Source of the DNA: Candidatus Uhrbacteria bacterium
GTDB lineage: Bacteria > Patescibacteriota > Patescibacteriia > UBA9934 > GWF2-40-263
Reading direction: 5' to 3'
Length of the DNA: 64,000 nucleotides
Assembly: GCA_016844925.1 (NCBI GenBank)
Contig: JAERTI010000043.1
Location: forward strand, 66,642-130,641
The notes beneath the pieces are model-generated. The model was not told the origin of the DNA. It saw nothing but the letters and a program-made list of their open reading frames with translations, and did no database searches. Positions 19,975-31,243 of this stretch are shown here, one piece after another. How positions within the stretch are numbered: position 1 is the first letter of the stretch; every line of letters begins with the position of its first letter. The position numbers and the translations under genes are program-made.

Positions 19975-20591
19975 TCATCTCACTGATAGGGATGAGTAAT
20001 TGTGGGAAATCGCATTGGTCAAAGAAACTTGAGGACGAGCGGGGGTATGAGCGTCGGTGTTGTGATGATTTGATTGCTGGGCAATTGAATGATCTGTTGC
20101 CTGAAGTTGATATTACTGACATGGATGCGTTTGCTGCCTGGATGGGGATGCCGCATGAGTTCGGCTATGCTGAGCGAGAGGGGGCGTACTTGGCCGGGGA
20201 AGAGGGGGCCCTGTTGGAGGCGGTGAAGGTGTCTCAGGGGGATGTAGTGATCGATACGACAGGAAGTGTCATCTACTTATCCGAGAATCGACTACGCCAC
20301 CTAAAGCAGATTTCGACAGTGGTTTATCTGTCGACGACAGACGACCAAGTCGCGTCAATGACAGAAAAGTTTTTTGCGTGCCCAAAGCCCCTTGTGTGGG
20401 GAGAGTGTTTTGACCAACGTTCGGTAGAATCGAATGAACAGGCGCTAAGAAGGTGCTATCCAGATTTATTACGATGGCGACGGGAGCGATATAAAACCCT
20501 TGCGGACGTCACGATTCCTTATGAGCGTTCTCATGACCCCAGCTATTCAGTCGACAAATTTCTTTATGATGTACTACAGCACAAACGATAA
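19971..20591 (+). CDS. P-loop kinase of shikimate-kinase-like fold; candidate alternative homoserine kinase
   Basis: IISLIGMSNCGKSH Walker A near N-terminus; ATGA overlap with asd stop; sits between asd and thrC. Confidence 0.5.
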   Translation: MIISLIGMSNCGKSHWSKKLEDERGYERRCCDDLIAGQLNDLLPEVDITDMDAFAAWMGMPHEFGYAEREGAYLAGEEGALLEAVKVSQGDVVIDTTGSVIYLSENRLRHLKQISTVVYLSTTDDQVASMTEKFFACPKPLVWGECFDQRSVESNEQALRRCYPDLLRWRRERYKTLADVTIPYERSHDPSYSVDKFLYDVLQHKR

Positions 20592-21843
20592 GTTTCACAG
20601 GGTCGACGCACGTCAGGCGGTGCTTGCAGGTCTTGCTCCAGACGGTGGGCTCTACATGCCCGAGTCGATTCCCAGATTGCCGCAACGATTCTTTGATGAG
20701 CTGAGAGGAAAGTCTTTGCAAGAGATAGGCTATATCGTCTCCAGCATTTTCTTGGGAGATGTTGTTCCAAGTGACAAGCTTCATGAGATTGTTGCCGGCA
20801 CGTTAGATTTTGAAATACCCCTAAGGCAGGTCGGGGAGGCTCAAGTCCTCGAGCTCTTTCACGGACCAACGCTCGCCTTTAAAGATGTGGGTGCCAGATT
20901 CATGGCTCGTCTCATGAGTTATTTTGTTGAGGAGGACGATCGTGAGCTTACAATCCTTGTTGCGACATCAGGAGATACAGGTTCTGCCGTGGCTCACGGA
21001 TTTCACAATGTTCCAGGGATTAAGGTTGTGGTGCTTTATCCAAGTGGGAAGGTGAGCGATCTGCAAGAGAAGCAGATGACAACCCTTGGAGGCAATATTA
21101 CGGCTCTTGAGGTGGATGGGGTGTTTGATGATTGCCAACGACTCGTGAAGAAGGCATTCGTCGATTCAGAGCTTTCACAGGCCCTCCGACTTTCTAGTGC
21201 GAACTCGATCAACATCGCCCGGCTGATCCCGCAGAGCTTTTATTACTTCTGGGCCATGGCGCAGTTACCCAAGGGGGAGCCACAGGTAATTACAGTTCCG
21301 TCTGGTAACTTTGGGAACCTCACTGCTGGTCTGATGGCAAAGCGTATGGGACTTCCAGTGGATAGGTTTATTGCTGCAACAAATGAGAACGATGTCGTAC
21401 CTGAATACCTCATCACGGAGCAATTCAATCCACGCCCATCTGTTGCAACGATCTCTAATGCTATGGACGTCGGCAATCCATCGAACTTCGTTCGCATGCT
21501 CGAGTTATACGATCGCAACGCTCAGAAGATGCGTGAGGACGTGGTGGGAATCAAGGTGAGTGAGAAGCAGACACGCGAGACAATCGCACGTGTTCATCGT
21601 GAGTATGGTTATGTGCTCGATCCGCACGGAGCTGTTGCCTACAACGCCTGCGAGCGATCTGTGAAACGAGGGGTGGTGATTGAGACTGCACATCCAGCAA
21701 AGTTTAAGGATGTGGTGGAGGAGGAGACGGGTGAACCTGTTGAGATTCCCGACAGTCTAGCTAAGTGCATGGAGAAGGAGAAGAAGAGTCAGAGAATTTC
21801 ATCTGACTTCACAGAGTTAAAACAGTTCCTACTTACTCGATAA
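20566..21843 (+). CDS. thrC: threonine synthase
   Basis: PLP-binding AFKD lysine motif, about 425 aa. Confidence 0.9.
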   Translation: MMYYSTNDKFHRVDARQAVLAGLAPDGGLYMPESIPRLPQRFFDELRGKSLQEIGYIVSSIFLGDVVPSDKLHEIVAGTLDFEIPLRQVGEAQVLELFHGPTLAFKDVGARFMARLMSYFVEEDDRELTILVATSGDTGSAVAHGFHNVPGIKVVVLYPSGKVSDLQEKQMTTLGGNITALEVDGVFDDCQRLVKKAFVDSELSQALRLSSANSINIARLIPQSFYYFWAMAQLPKGEPQVITVPSGNFGNLTAGLMAKRMGLPVDRFIAATNENDVVPEYLITEQFNPRPSVATISNAMDVGNPSNFVRMLELYDRNAQKMREDVVGIKVSEKQTRETIARVHREYGYVLDPHGAVAYNACERSVKRGVVIETAHPAKFKDVVEEETGEPVEIPDSLAKCMEKEKKSQRISSDFTELKQFLLTR

Positions 21844-21860
21844 CTAACGATAAGTAATAA

Positions 21861-21897
21861 CAAAAACACCTGCCATCGGGCAGGTGTTTTGAACTGA
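21861..21897 (+). terminator. rho-independent terminator after thrC
   Basis: acacctgcc atcg ggcaggtgt hairpin followed by TTTT. Confidence 0.6.
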
Positions 21898-22029
21898 TAT
21901 CTCCAAATAGTTCTCCACTAAGTGATTGCAACGGTTATTCCGGGTGCATTCTCACAGAATGCGTTCCGATCAAGCGAACTTGATCTCGACCTAGGACCAT
22001 GTCTAGTCCGTAGACTAGATATCTCCCTA

Positions 22030-23525
<1,496 letters not shown>

Positions 23526-23530
23526 ATATA

Positions 23531-23592
23531 TCTCTGACCGAAGTCAGAGACTCTGCTAATGATGTCCGAAGACATCGTGACGTCCGAAGACG
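23531..23592 (-). other. 16S leader: three consecutive hairpins with UUCG loops on the transcribed strand
   Basis: tctctgac-cgaa-gtcagaga, gatgtc-cgaa-gacatc, gacgtc-cgaa-gacgtc on the plus strand. Confidence 0.4.
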
Positions 23593-23673
23593 TCTAGGAA
23601 TAAACGTTACAATCACACAGTAGATAACTGTCTGATTTGGAGATGTTCAGTTGTAAAGATCAACTGCGGCAGC

Positions 23674-23702
23674 ATTGTAAATGTAAGTGAAAAACGTGTC
23701 AA
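23674..23702 (-). promoter_or_regulatory. candidate rRNA promoter
   Basis: minus strand TTGACA, 17-nt spacer, TACAAT, about 140 nt upstream of the 16S 5' end. Confidence 0.5.
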
Positions 23703-23871
23703 TAGCTGGCGGGTGAAGGGCGGGGATATGGTGTGGACATTGGATTTTTGACTATTTTCAGGTAGACTATATGCGTTCACTGCCCTCTGTCTGTGTTCGC
23801 TTCCATGCAGCATAGGTCGACAGACTTCTCCGGGCAATGCACAGAACATGTAAACAACTGTTGTTATAGCT

Positions 23872-24222
23872 ATGGCTGACAAGTACTTTGACCAGGAGTT
23901 CGTTGAATACATCGTGCGCGGAATCGTCAACAATCCAGATGACGTCCGTACCGAGCGTATTGTTGACGAGCGTGGCGTCCTTATTACCCTCCACATCAAC
24001 CAGGAGGACATGGGATACGTCATCGGTCGACAGGGTCAGACAGCTCGCGCAGTCCGCACATTGCTCAAGATCGTTGGCGCTAAGGAGAATGCCCGCGTCA
24101 ACCTCAAGATCTATGAGCCAGAAGGATCACGTCGCCCACCACGTCGCACAGAAGACGAGGGAGGCAACGATGACTTCGGCGGATCTGACGACGATACGTC
24201 TGTAGACGACCTGGGAATCTAG
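23872..24222 (+). CDS. khpA: KH-domain RNA-binding protein (KhpA-like) with acidic tail
   Basis: VIGRQGQTARAVRTLL GXXG KH motif. Confidence 0.7.
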   Translation: MADKYFDQEFVEYIVRGIVNNPDDVRTERIVDERGVLITLHINQEDMGYVIGRQGQTARAVRTLLKIVGAKENARVNLKIYEPEGSRRPPRRTEDEGGNDDFGGSDDDTSVDDLGI

Positions 24223-24235
24223 TCCTAGATCAAAC

Positions 24236-24273
24236 ATATAAAACCGGTTACCATAGAGGTAATCGGTTTTTTG
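24236..24273 (+). terminator. rho-independent terminator
   Basis: aaaccggttacc...gtaatcggttt hairpin followed by TTTTT. Confidence 0.6.
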
Positions 24274-25386
24274 TATATGCTTGCAACAAAAACACAAAAG
24301 TTCATTTATCGACGGGCACTTAAGCCTTATTTTTTTTCTCAAGATCCGGAGCATGTTCATGATCGGATGTGCGCACTCGGAAAACGGATAGGAGAATCTG
24401 CCATCGGGCGATCTCTTTGCAAGAGATTGTTTACCTATGCCCATCCTTCTCTGGAGCAGGAGCTGCTTGGTATGCATTTTAGGAACCCAGTGGGACTTAC
24501 GGCAGGATTCGACAAAAATGCTGAACTAACCGGAGTCATGCCAGCAGTAGGATTTGGATTCGAGGTGGTTGGTTCTGTCACCGGAGAACCTTGTGCTGGA
24601 AATGCAAAACCTAGACTATGGCGCCTGCCAAAGTCTAAAGGGCTGCTCGTCTATTACGGGTTAAAGAACGATGGCTGTGAGGCGATTGCTTCTCGGCTTT
24701 CCAGAAAACAGTTCGAGATCCCAATCGGCATTAGTATTGCAAAGACGAATTCACCTGAGACGGTTGAATTTACAAAAGGAATTGCCGATTACAAGAAAGC
24801 CATGGAGCAGATGAGTGATGTGGGAGACTATTTTGTCGTGAACATTAGCTGCCCCAATGCATTTGGTGGTGAGCCGTTTGCTGATCCCAAACGTTTAGAT
24901 GAGCTTCTCTCTGTTCTCGATGAGGTGCAAACAACGAAGCCTGTTCTTCTTAAGATAGCGGTCGACATCTCGTCTCGTGAACTTGATGAGTTGGTGGAGG
25001 TGAGCGATCGTCATCGAGTGCATGGGTTCATTCTCTCGAATCTTACGAAGAAACATGATCGGCCAACGATTAATCAAGATGAGCTCGGTGGGATTGAAAA
25101 AGGAGGGATCAGCGGTCGTCCAACCTCTGAGCCATCCAATCAGCTTATCTCTCACCTCTATAAGACGGCGGGAGACCGTTATGTTATCGTCGGGGTCGGT
25201 GGGATTTTTTCTGCTGAGGATGCTTACGAGAAGATCTGTTCAGGGGCATCGCTTGTGCAGCTGGCTACCGGAATGATTTTTGAGGGGCCTCAGCTCATTG
25301 GAGAGATTAATAAAGGACTGGTGCAACTCTTAAAAAAGGATGGGTTTGAGTCGATTGCTCAGGCCGTGGGGAGTAAACACTCATAG
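24271..25386 (+). CDS. pyrD: dihydroorotate dehydrogenase (quinone, class 2)
   Basis: GFDKNAE, VVNISCPN, GGI..G FMN motifs. Confidence 0.85.
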   Translation: MYMLATKTQKFIYRRALKPYFFSQDPEHVHDRMCALGKRIGESAIGRSLCKRLFTYAHPSLEQELLGMHFRNPVGLTAGFDKNAELTGVMPAVGFGFEVVGSVTGEPCAGNAKPRLWRLPKSKGLLVYYGLKNDGCEAIASRLSRKQFEIPIGISIAKTNSPETVEFTKGIADYKKAMEQMSDVGDYFVVNISCPNAFGGEPFADPKRLDELLSVLDEVQTTKPVLLKIAVDISSRELDELVEVSDRHRVHGFILSNLTKKHDRPTINQDELGGIEKGGISGRPTSEPSNQLISHLYKTAGDRYVIVGVGGIFSAEDAYEKICSGASLVQLATGMIFEGPQLIGEINKGLVQLLKKDGFESIAQAVGSKHS

Positions 25387-25388
25387 GT

Positions 25389-26045
25389 ATGTCTAAAAAG
25401 AAGCAATTTGAAATCGTGACGATTTTTCCAGAGACAGTGGCGCCATACATTGAGGCGTCTATTTTGGGACGTGCCCAGAAGGATAATTTGATCCAGATTC
25501 AGGCACATGATTTACGTAATTGGACGCAGGACAAGCATCGAACCGTGGATGATACGCCTTATGGGGGTGGTGCTGGTATGGTGATGAAGGTAGAGCCGTT
25601 TGATAAAGCCGTAGAAGATTTGCGTGGAAAGGGGACAACCCGCGTGATCGTTACGAGCGCCTCGGGTAAGACGTTCACACAAGAGGATGCCAAGCGTCTG
25701 TCGGAATACGATCAACTTATTTTTCTCTGTGGGCGCTACGAGGGGATCGATCATCGCGTGCAGGAACACATTGCCGACGAGGCACTGTCGATTGGAAACT
25801 ACGTTCTCACCGGCGGGGAGCTTCCTGCGTTGGTTATGACTGATGCGATTGCACGTCTCGTGCCTGGGGTCATCGAGGCGGAGAGTCTAGAACAAGAGTC
25901 GCATGATCAGCAGGGGTATCTCGAGTATCCGCAATACACCAAACCAAGTACTTATAAAGATTGGGAGGTGCCTGAGGTGCTTCTTAGTGGTGATCACAAA
26001 AAGATTCATGACTGGCGGACTGAACAATCAGAACGAAACGACTAG
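25389..26045 (+). CDS. trmD: tRNA (guanine37-N1)-methyltransferase
   Basis: FPE, DTPYGGGAGMVM, CGRYEGIDHRV TrmD motifs. Confidence 0.9.
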   Translation: MSKKKQFEIVTIFPETVAPYIEASILGRAQKDNLIQIQAHDLRNWTQDKHRTVDDTPYGGGAGMVMKVEPFDKAVEDLRGKGTTRVIVTSASGKTFTQEDAKRLSEYDQLIFLCGRYEGIDHRVQEHIADEALSIGNYVLTGGELPALVMTDAIARLVPGVIEAESLEQESHDQQGYLEYPQYTKPSTYKDWEVPEVLLSGDHKKIHDWRTEQSERND

Positions 26046-27315
26046 TTCCCTCGGCAGTCACACACGTCTATTGCTGATTGTGGCGGCAGTCTTGCTTGTG
26101 GTGGTGGCTGTGATGGGTACGCTCCTCTACAGAAGCTCGACACAAGTTCTTGATGAGCTTCCTTATGTAATAGATCAAGAACAAGAAGTTTTTCAGGGTC
26201 GTGAGAGTGAGGAGCGGCAGCCACGTGAGGAGCAACTCACTGCTAAAGAGCAGTGCTCTTACTCTTTAGACTGGCAACCCACAAACTTTCGTCAGTCGAT
26301 TGACCAGTTACCTTACAATGTCACGGACATGCTCGTTGCAGAGGATGGAACAGTCTACGCAGCGTATAATGATGACAACAATGCGACATTTGTTGCGGGG
26401 ACGAAGGATGGTGGCTCAAGCTGGGAAGTGAGTAGTCTCCCTGATGCAGTAGTGACGATCCGAGTATTGCGTGAGATGCAAGACGGGCGTTTCCTTCTCG
26501 GGGCAACGGGGCGTGCACAGACAGCGGTCCTTTATGAGAGTCACGACGGCCTCACGTGGGAGGAGCTTGCTCAAGATGCAGGTAATGGAATTGTTCTTCC
26601 AAATGAGACATCGACAAGTGTTTGGGATATCGTGGAGCTTCCTGGTGGAGAGGTACTCATTGTTACAGATTCAAGAGACAACAATCCTGATCGAGAGAAC
26701 ATGACGCTTTACCTCTTGGAAGGGGATCGGCTTTCAGAACTCGCATCGTTCCCTGGCCTTGGGCTCTTGGCTGCGGCAGTAAATGATGAGGGACTCATCG
26801 TTGTGGCAACGGAAGAGAGCGATGAGCATGATGATCCTGAGCTTGCAGGCCAGGCGCGGATCTTCATCTCGGCAGATAACGGAGTGACGTGGGATGAAGG
26901 TGGTATCCCTCAGGGGGCGAATCGTATCTATGACCTTCACTTTCACTCTTCCGGTGTGCTCTATGCGGGAACCGGCATTAACGGCGAGCTTCTGTATTCA
27001 AGTGATAATGGTTTGACCTGGAGGGCGGCGACGCATGTACCAGAGATAGAATTGCCGTTTGGCGACGAGGGAGGGATGCGTGTTGTTGAGGTGAGTCGTG
27101 TGTATCAAATCTTAGAACTCTGTGATGGCTCAATGCTTGTTGGCACAGGAAATAACGGCGGGGCTATCTTCTACACCGATGACGCTGGAAAGACTTGGCA
27201 GGAGACTGAGGATACCGGACCGAATAATGTTGTCTGGGGACTCGCCCAGGAAGAAGATGGCACGATCTGGATCGGAACCGGGTCTCGTGGGGGTGACGTG
27301 CTGACAACAAAATAA
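26008..27315 (+). CDS. membrane-anchored BNR/Asp-box repeat beta-propeller protein
   Basis: N-terminal TM, then at least 5 SxDxGxTW Asp-box repeats; start may be alternative. Confidence 0.55.
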   Translation: MTGGLNNQNETTSSLGSHTRLLLIVAAVLLVVVAVMGTLLYRSSTQVLDELPYVIDQEQEVFQGRESEERQPREEQLTAKEQCSYSLDWQPTNFRQSIDQLPYNVTDMLVAEDGTVYAAYNDDNNATFVAGTKDGGSSWEVSSLPDAVVTIRVLREMQDGRFLLGATGRAQTAVLYESHDGLTWEELAQDAGNGIVLPNETSTSVWDIVELPGGEVLIVTDSRDNNPDRENMTLYLLEGDRLSELASFPGLGLLAAAVNDEGLIVVATEESDEHDDPELAGQARIFISADNGVTWDEGGIPQGANRIYDLHFHSSGVLYAGTGINGELLYSSDNGLTWRAATHVPEIELPFGDEGGMRVVEVSRVYQILELCDGSMLVGTGNNGGAIFYTDDAGKTWQETEDTGPNNVVWGLAQEEDGTIWIGTGSRGGDVLTTK

Positions 27316-27330
27316 AAACCCCGATGAACA
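27304..27330. terminator. bidirectional hairpin terminator at GC boundary
   Basis: ccccgatg..catcgggg palindrome with A/T runs on both sides. Confidence 0.5.
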
Positions 27331-27376
27331 TCGGGGGAGAGCGACTCGCTGCGTGCGGGTCGCTTTTCTGTTTGAG

Positions 27377-28774
27377 CTACTCGAGCTCGCCGAACCACTC
27401 GTTGTGGAGCTGGTCGAAGCGACCGTCGCCCATCATGGTCAGCAGAGCCACGTTGGCACTCTCGCGCAGGGGGCTGTCCGGCGGGAAGAGCATGCCGTAG
27501 CGCTCGGTGGTGAAGGGCTCGCCCGTCACCACGACCTCGCCGGAGCCTTCGCCCCTGGCGTGGTGGATGAGGACCGGCTCGTCGAAGACGACTGCTTCGA
27601 CGCCGCCACCCTTGAGCAGGTCGAAGCCCTGGTCGATTCGGGAGACGGCGGTGACCTTGGCACCGGCCTTGCGAGCGGCGACCTCACTGGTTGTGCCAGC
27701 CTCGACGGCGACGTGAACGCCAGCGAGGTCCGCAGCGGTGTTCATGTGGGCCGTGTTCGCCTCGTCGATCCTGATCTCGGCGATGACGCCCACGACCAGA
27801 CCGACGAAGATGAAGCCGACGTACATCATCAGCGAGGTGAGGATGCGGGCCGGCCACGAGCGGGCCGTGTAGTGACCGTAGCCCACCGTGGTGGAGGTTA
27901 CGTTCATGAAGTAGACCGACTGGGGGAAGCCCTTCCAGAACTCGTAGGCGATCTCGCCAGGCTCGCGTTCCTTCTTGGGGTAGAAGAACCGCTCGCAGAC
28001 CCAGACCAGGAACCCGGCGAAGCACAGGAACGTGGCGTAGGAGAGGAAGACCTTGATCAGGTCCCAGTTGGTGAGGATGTTCCAGAACCCCTTGAGCATC
28101 GAGGTCTCTTCGCTGATGACCATGATGGCCAGGCCGCTGTCGTAGTACGGCAGGGAGAAGTCGACGCGCTCTTCGCGCTCACCGGTGATGGTGATGCCGG
28201 CGATGCCGACGTCTGCCTCGCCCTCAGCGACGGTGTCGATGAGGGTGGGGACGCTCTCGACGGCGATGGGCTCGTAGTCGCAGCCCATCTCCTCGGCGAT
28301 CATGTCCCAGAGCTCGATGTCGAAGCCGGTGAGCTCACCGCGCTCGTACATCACCATGGGCTCGAGCTCGTGCACCACCAGGGTGACGGGCTCGTCCACG
28401 GGGCAGGGGTCCTGCTTGTGCTCGATGACCTCGAACTCGACTTCCTCGAGCTCCACATCCGGCTCGGTGGCCGGTGGGTCCTCGGTGGCAGGGAGCTCGC
28501 CCGTCTCTCCGATGAGGGGCTCTTCTGTCGGCTCGGTCTCGTCTTCCGAGGGAAGGAGCTCTTCCTCGCCTTCTTCGTCGATCAGCTCGGGCACCACGGG
28601 TGCCGGCTCGGGATCGTCGTCCTGGGCCCACGCATCGGTCAGCGCGGGGGACAAGAGCAGGCCAAGGAGCACGAGCCCCACGGCGATGGTCTTCTGGCGG
28701 GGGCTGAGATGTCGCACGTGTACCTCCGTTTCAAGTGCAGTCAGAACAAACGCGGACGAGCGACCGTACGTCAT
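27377..28774 (-). CDS. GluR0-like ligand-gated potassium channel (SBP lobe, M1-P-M2 pore, SBP lobe)
   Basis: K+ selectivity filter TVGYG flanked by two TM helices, inserted between two halves of a periplasmic substrate-binding domain; signal peptide. Confidence 0.7.
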   Translation of the reverse strand: MTYGRSSAFVLTALETEVHVRHLSPRQKTIAVGLVLLGLLLSPALTDAWAQDDDPEPAPVVPELIDEEGEEELLPSEDETEPTEEPLIGETGELPATEDPPATEPDVELEEVEFEVIEHKQDPCPVDEPVTLVVHELEPMVMYERGELTGFDIELWDMIAEEMGCDYEPIAVESVPTLIDTVAEGEADVGIAGITITGEREERVDFSLPYYDSGLAIMVISEETSMLKGFWNILTNWDLIKVFLSYATFLCFAGFLVWVCERFFYPKKEREPGEIAYEFWKGFPQSVYFMNVTSTTVGYGHYTARSWPARILTSLMMYVGFIFVGLVVGVIAEIRIDEANTAHMNTAADLAGVHVAVEAGTTSEVAARKAGAKVTAVSRIDQGFDLLKGGGVEAVVFDEPVLIHHARGEGSGEVVVTGEPFTTERYGMLFPPDSPLRESANVALLTMMGDGRFDQLHNEWFGELE

Positions 28775-28853
28775 TTGGGTGGGTTTGTCAATAGAAATAG
28801 CCTGTATTTTGCAAAAAGAAAAGCGAGACCAGATTGGTCTCGCGCCGCGCCTC

Positions 28854-29564
28854 TCAGGAAGCTGCGGCCGTCTCGTCCTCCGGGAACAGCAGGACCGTGC
28901 CGTGGTACTGCTTTCCGACGGAGATGGAGCATCCTCCGTCCCAGAGCTCGACGCTCATGACACGGGTGCCCTTGGTGCCGTCCGTGGTGAAGGACTGGTA
29001 CTCCGCCACCTGCGTGATGTACTCGGAGGGCTTGCGTCGGTCCGCGCGCTCGGAACGGACGTGCACGGTGTAGTCGTACTCGTCCTCCACGGCGCGCCAG
29101 ACCAGGCCCTGGAACTCGAACTCCTCGGGCGGGGCGCCGTCGTCACCATGGAACCCCACGCCTTCGAAGGCGTCGAGCTGACGGACCTTCTCGGTCACGT
29201 CCTCCATGAGCCAGAACTCCCAGCGGTCCTCGTCGTCCTGCTCGCAGGTCAGGTGCATGATCGCCCCTTCCATGGGCTCACGCAGGGTGAGGCACCACCA
29301 GTACTCGTCCGGGTCGGGGTTCATGTCGTCGTCGACCAGGCTGTGCTTGTCGCGGGCGTCCACGACGTAGCTGTCGGAGCCGACGTAGATGGAGCTACCC
29401 AGGGGCACCTCGTTGTCTTCGACGACCTCTTCGGCCGTGTGCTTGCGGGGGCGCTTGCTCAGCTCCAGGTCGCGCAGCTTGCGCTTGTGGCGCCAGTACA
29501 GCACGCCTCCGAGGGTCAGGAGCGCCAGCGCTCCCAGGCTGATGCCTACCGAGATTTCGATCAT
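28854..29564 (-). CDS. membrane-anchored protein, DUF4178-like by context
   Basis: N-terminal TM followed by soluble acidic domain; neighbours are SpeE-like and DUF350. Confidence 0.35.
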   Translation of the reverse strand: MIEISVGISLGALALLTLGGVLYWRHKRKLRDLELSKRPRKHTAEEVVEDNEVPLGSSIYVGSDSYVVDARDKHSLVDDDMNPDPDEYWWCLTLREPMEGAIMHLTCEQDDEDRWEFWLMEDVTEKVRQLDAFEGVGFHGDDGAPPEEFEFQGLVWRAVEDEYDYTVHVRSERADRRKPSEYITQVAEYQSFTTDGTKGTRVMSVELWDGGCSISVGKQYHGTVLLFPEDETAAAS

Positions 29565-29583
29565 CTCTCTCTCCTTGGGGGGT

Positions 29584-31122
29584 CTAGGGAATGGTCTTCC
29601 AGGCCTGCTTGTAGGCCTCGTGAACCGTGGGGTGAATCAATCGACTCACCGCCAGATCATCCGGGCTCTCCGGAAAGATACCCTTCTCGAACCGGGTGGC
29701 TGCCTGCATGGCATCGCGATTGAGGATGTGGAGCTCCGTGCGCTCCTCGAACTGATCCAGGCGAGCCTGCAGCTCCTCGGGGCTCAGGTGATCCTCGCGT
29801 ACAGCGAGGTTGAACCCCCAGTCACCGAAGCTCGGGACGTTGATGCGGTACGGCAGGACGCTGAGTCCCGACGCATCGATGGTCGCCCAGATCGACGTGA
29901 ACGCCTCTCTGGCATGGATCGGAGACGTGGACTGGATCGCAGCGACCCCCTCAGGGAAGAGGTGGTTGCGCATGTTCCAGTAGAACTCCGTGGAGTACAG
30001 CTTGGCCAGCTCCACCCGACGCGGGTCGGGCAGGTCCACGATGATGACGTCCCACAGCTCGTCGTTTCCTTGGAGCCAGGTGTAGGCATCGTCGTGGATG
30101 ATGTGCACGCGCGGATCGTCCAGTGAACCCTCGTTGAGCTCGCTGATGACCGGGTGCGTGCGGCACAGCTCGGTCATGGCCGGATCCAAGTCCACCAAGG
30201 TGACCTGGGTGACCTGATCGTACTTGAGGATCTCGCGAATGGCCAGACCGTCACCACCGCCGAGTACCAGCACCTTGCGGGCGTCCGGGTTCACCCAGAA
30301 GGCCGGGTGGACCAGGAGCTCGTGGTAGCGGCGCTCGTCATGGCTGGCGAACTGCGTCCCGCCGTTGAGGTAGAGCCGGTAGCGGCCCTGGCTCTCTGTC
30401 AGCAGGATCTTCTGGTACGGCGTCTGCTGTGCGTAGACGATGGGGTCCTTGAAGAGCTTGGACTCGGCCTCGAAGGCCACGTCCTCGCCATGGATGCCCA
30501 ACAGGCCCACGGCCATGGTCGCGCACAATCCCATCGCCATCAGGGGCTTCGGGATGCGGCTGCGCAGGAAGTAGGCTCCCATGAATACGGCGATGGCCAG
30601 GTTGATGGCACCGCTGATCACGGGGGTGGTCACCGTCCCGAAGGTTGGGAGCAGGAAGGTGGCGTAGAGGAGTCCCGCCGCGAAGCTGCCGATGTAGTCG
30701 GCGGCGAACACGCGAGCAAGGTTCTCCTTGAGCACCACCTGACGTCGCTCGTTGAAGCGCGCCAGAAGCGGAATCTCCAACCCGATCAACAGACCGAGCA
30801 GAAGGGAGATGAAGATCGTGGCCGTCCAGGCCTGTCCCAGGCGGGCGGCCTGAGTGATGAAGATCGTGCTTCCCGCCGCGGCGACGGAGAGCATCAACTC
30901 GACGAACAGGAACAGCTTGAGCTCGCGTCCCTCAGTCAGGGACTTGCTCAGTCCAGCGCCTAGGCCCATGCCCAGCATGCACACGGAGATCGACACCGTG
31001 TAGGCGGCAATGGAGTTCCCCAGCAGGTACGACACCGTCGTTCCCACCGAGTATTCCGCCACCATTCCACAGAAGCCGGACGCGAAGATCGCGGCCATGA
31101 GGATCAGTTGGTCGGTTTTCAC
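29584..31122 (-). CDS. spermidine synthase-like aminopropyltransferase fused to an N-terminal multi-TM domain
   Basis: about 6 TM helices, then VLVLGGGDGLAIREILKY and DVIIVDLPDP SpeE signatures. Confidence 0.75.
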   Translation of the reverse strand: MKTDQLILMAAIFASGFCGMVAEYSVGTTVSYLLGNSIAAYTVSISVCMLGMGLGAGLSKSLTEGRELKLFLFVELMLSVAAAGSTIFITQAARLGQAWTATIFISLLLGLLIGLEIPLLARFNERRQVVLKENLARVFAADYIGSFAAGLLYATFLLPTFGTVTTPVISGAINLAIAVFMGAYFLRSRIPKPLMAMGLCATMAVGLLGIHGEDVAFEAESKLFKDPIVYAQQTPYQKILLTESQGRYRLYLNGGTQFASHDERRYHELLVHPAFWVNPDARKVLVLGGGDGLAIREILKYDQVTQVTLVDLDPAMTELCRTHPVISELNEGSLDDPRVHIIHDDAYTWLQGNDELWDVIIVDLPDPRRVELAKLYSTEFYWNMRNHLFPEGVAAIQSTSPIHAREAFTSIWATIDASGLSVLPYRINVPSFGDWGFNLAVREDHLSPEELQARLDQFEERTELHILNRDAMQAATRFEKGIFPESPDDLAVSRLIHPTVHEAYKQAWKTIP

Positions 31123-31243
31123 TCAGGTTTCTCCCGGTTGAAGATGGTGAATTGTAGATTGCTTCTCTTGAGGGGCGCACCGTTTGCGCATCTCAAGAAA
31201 AAGCTCCAGAGCGTATCTGGAGCAGCGTCTGAGGTGAAAGACG

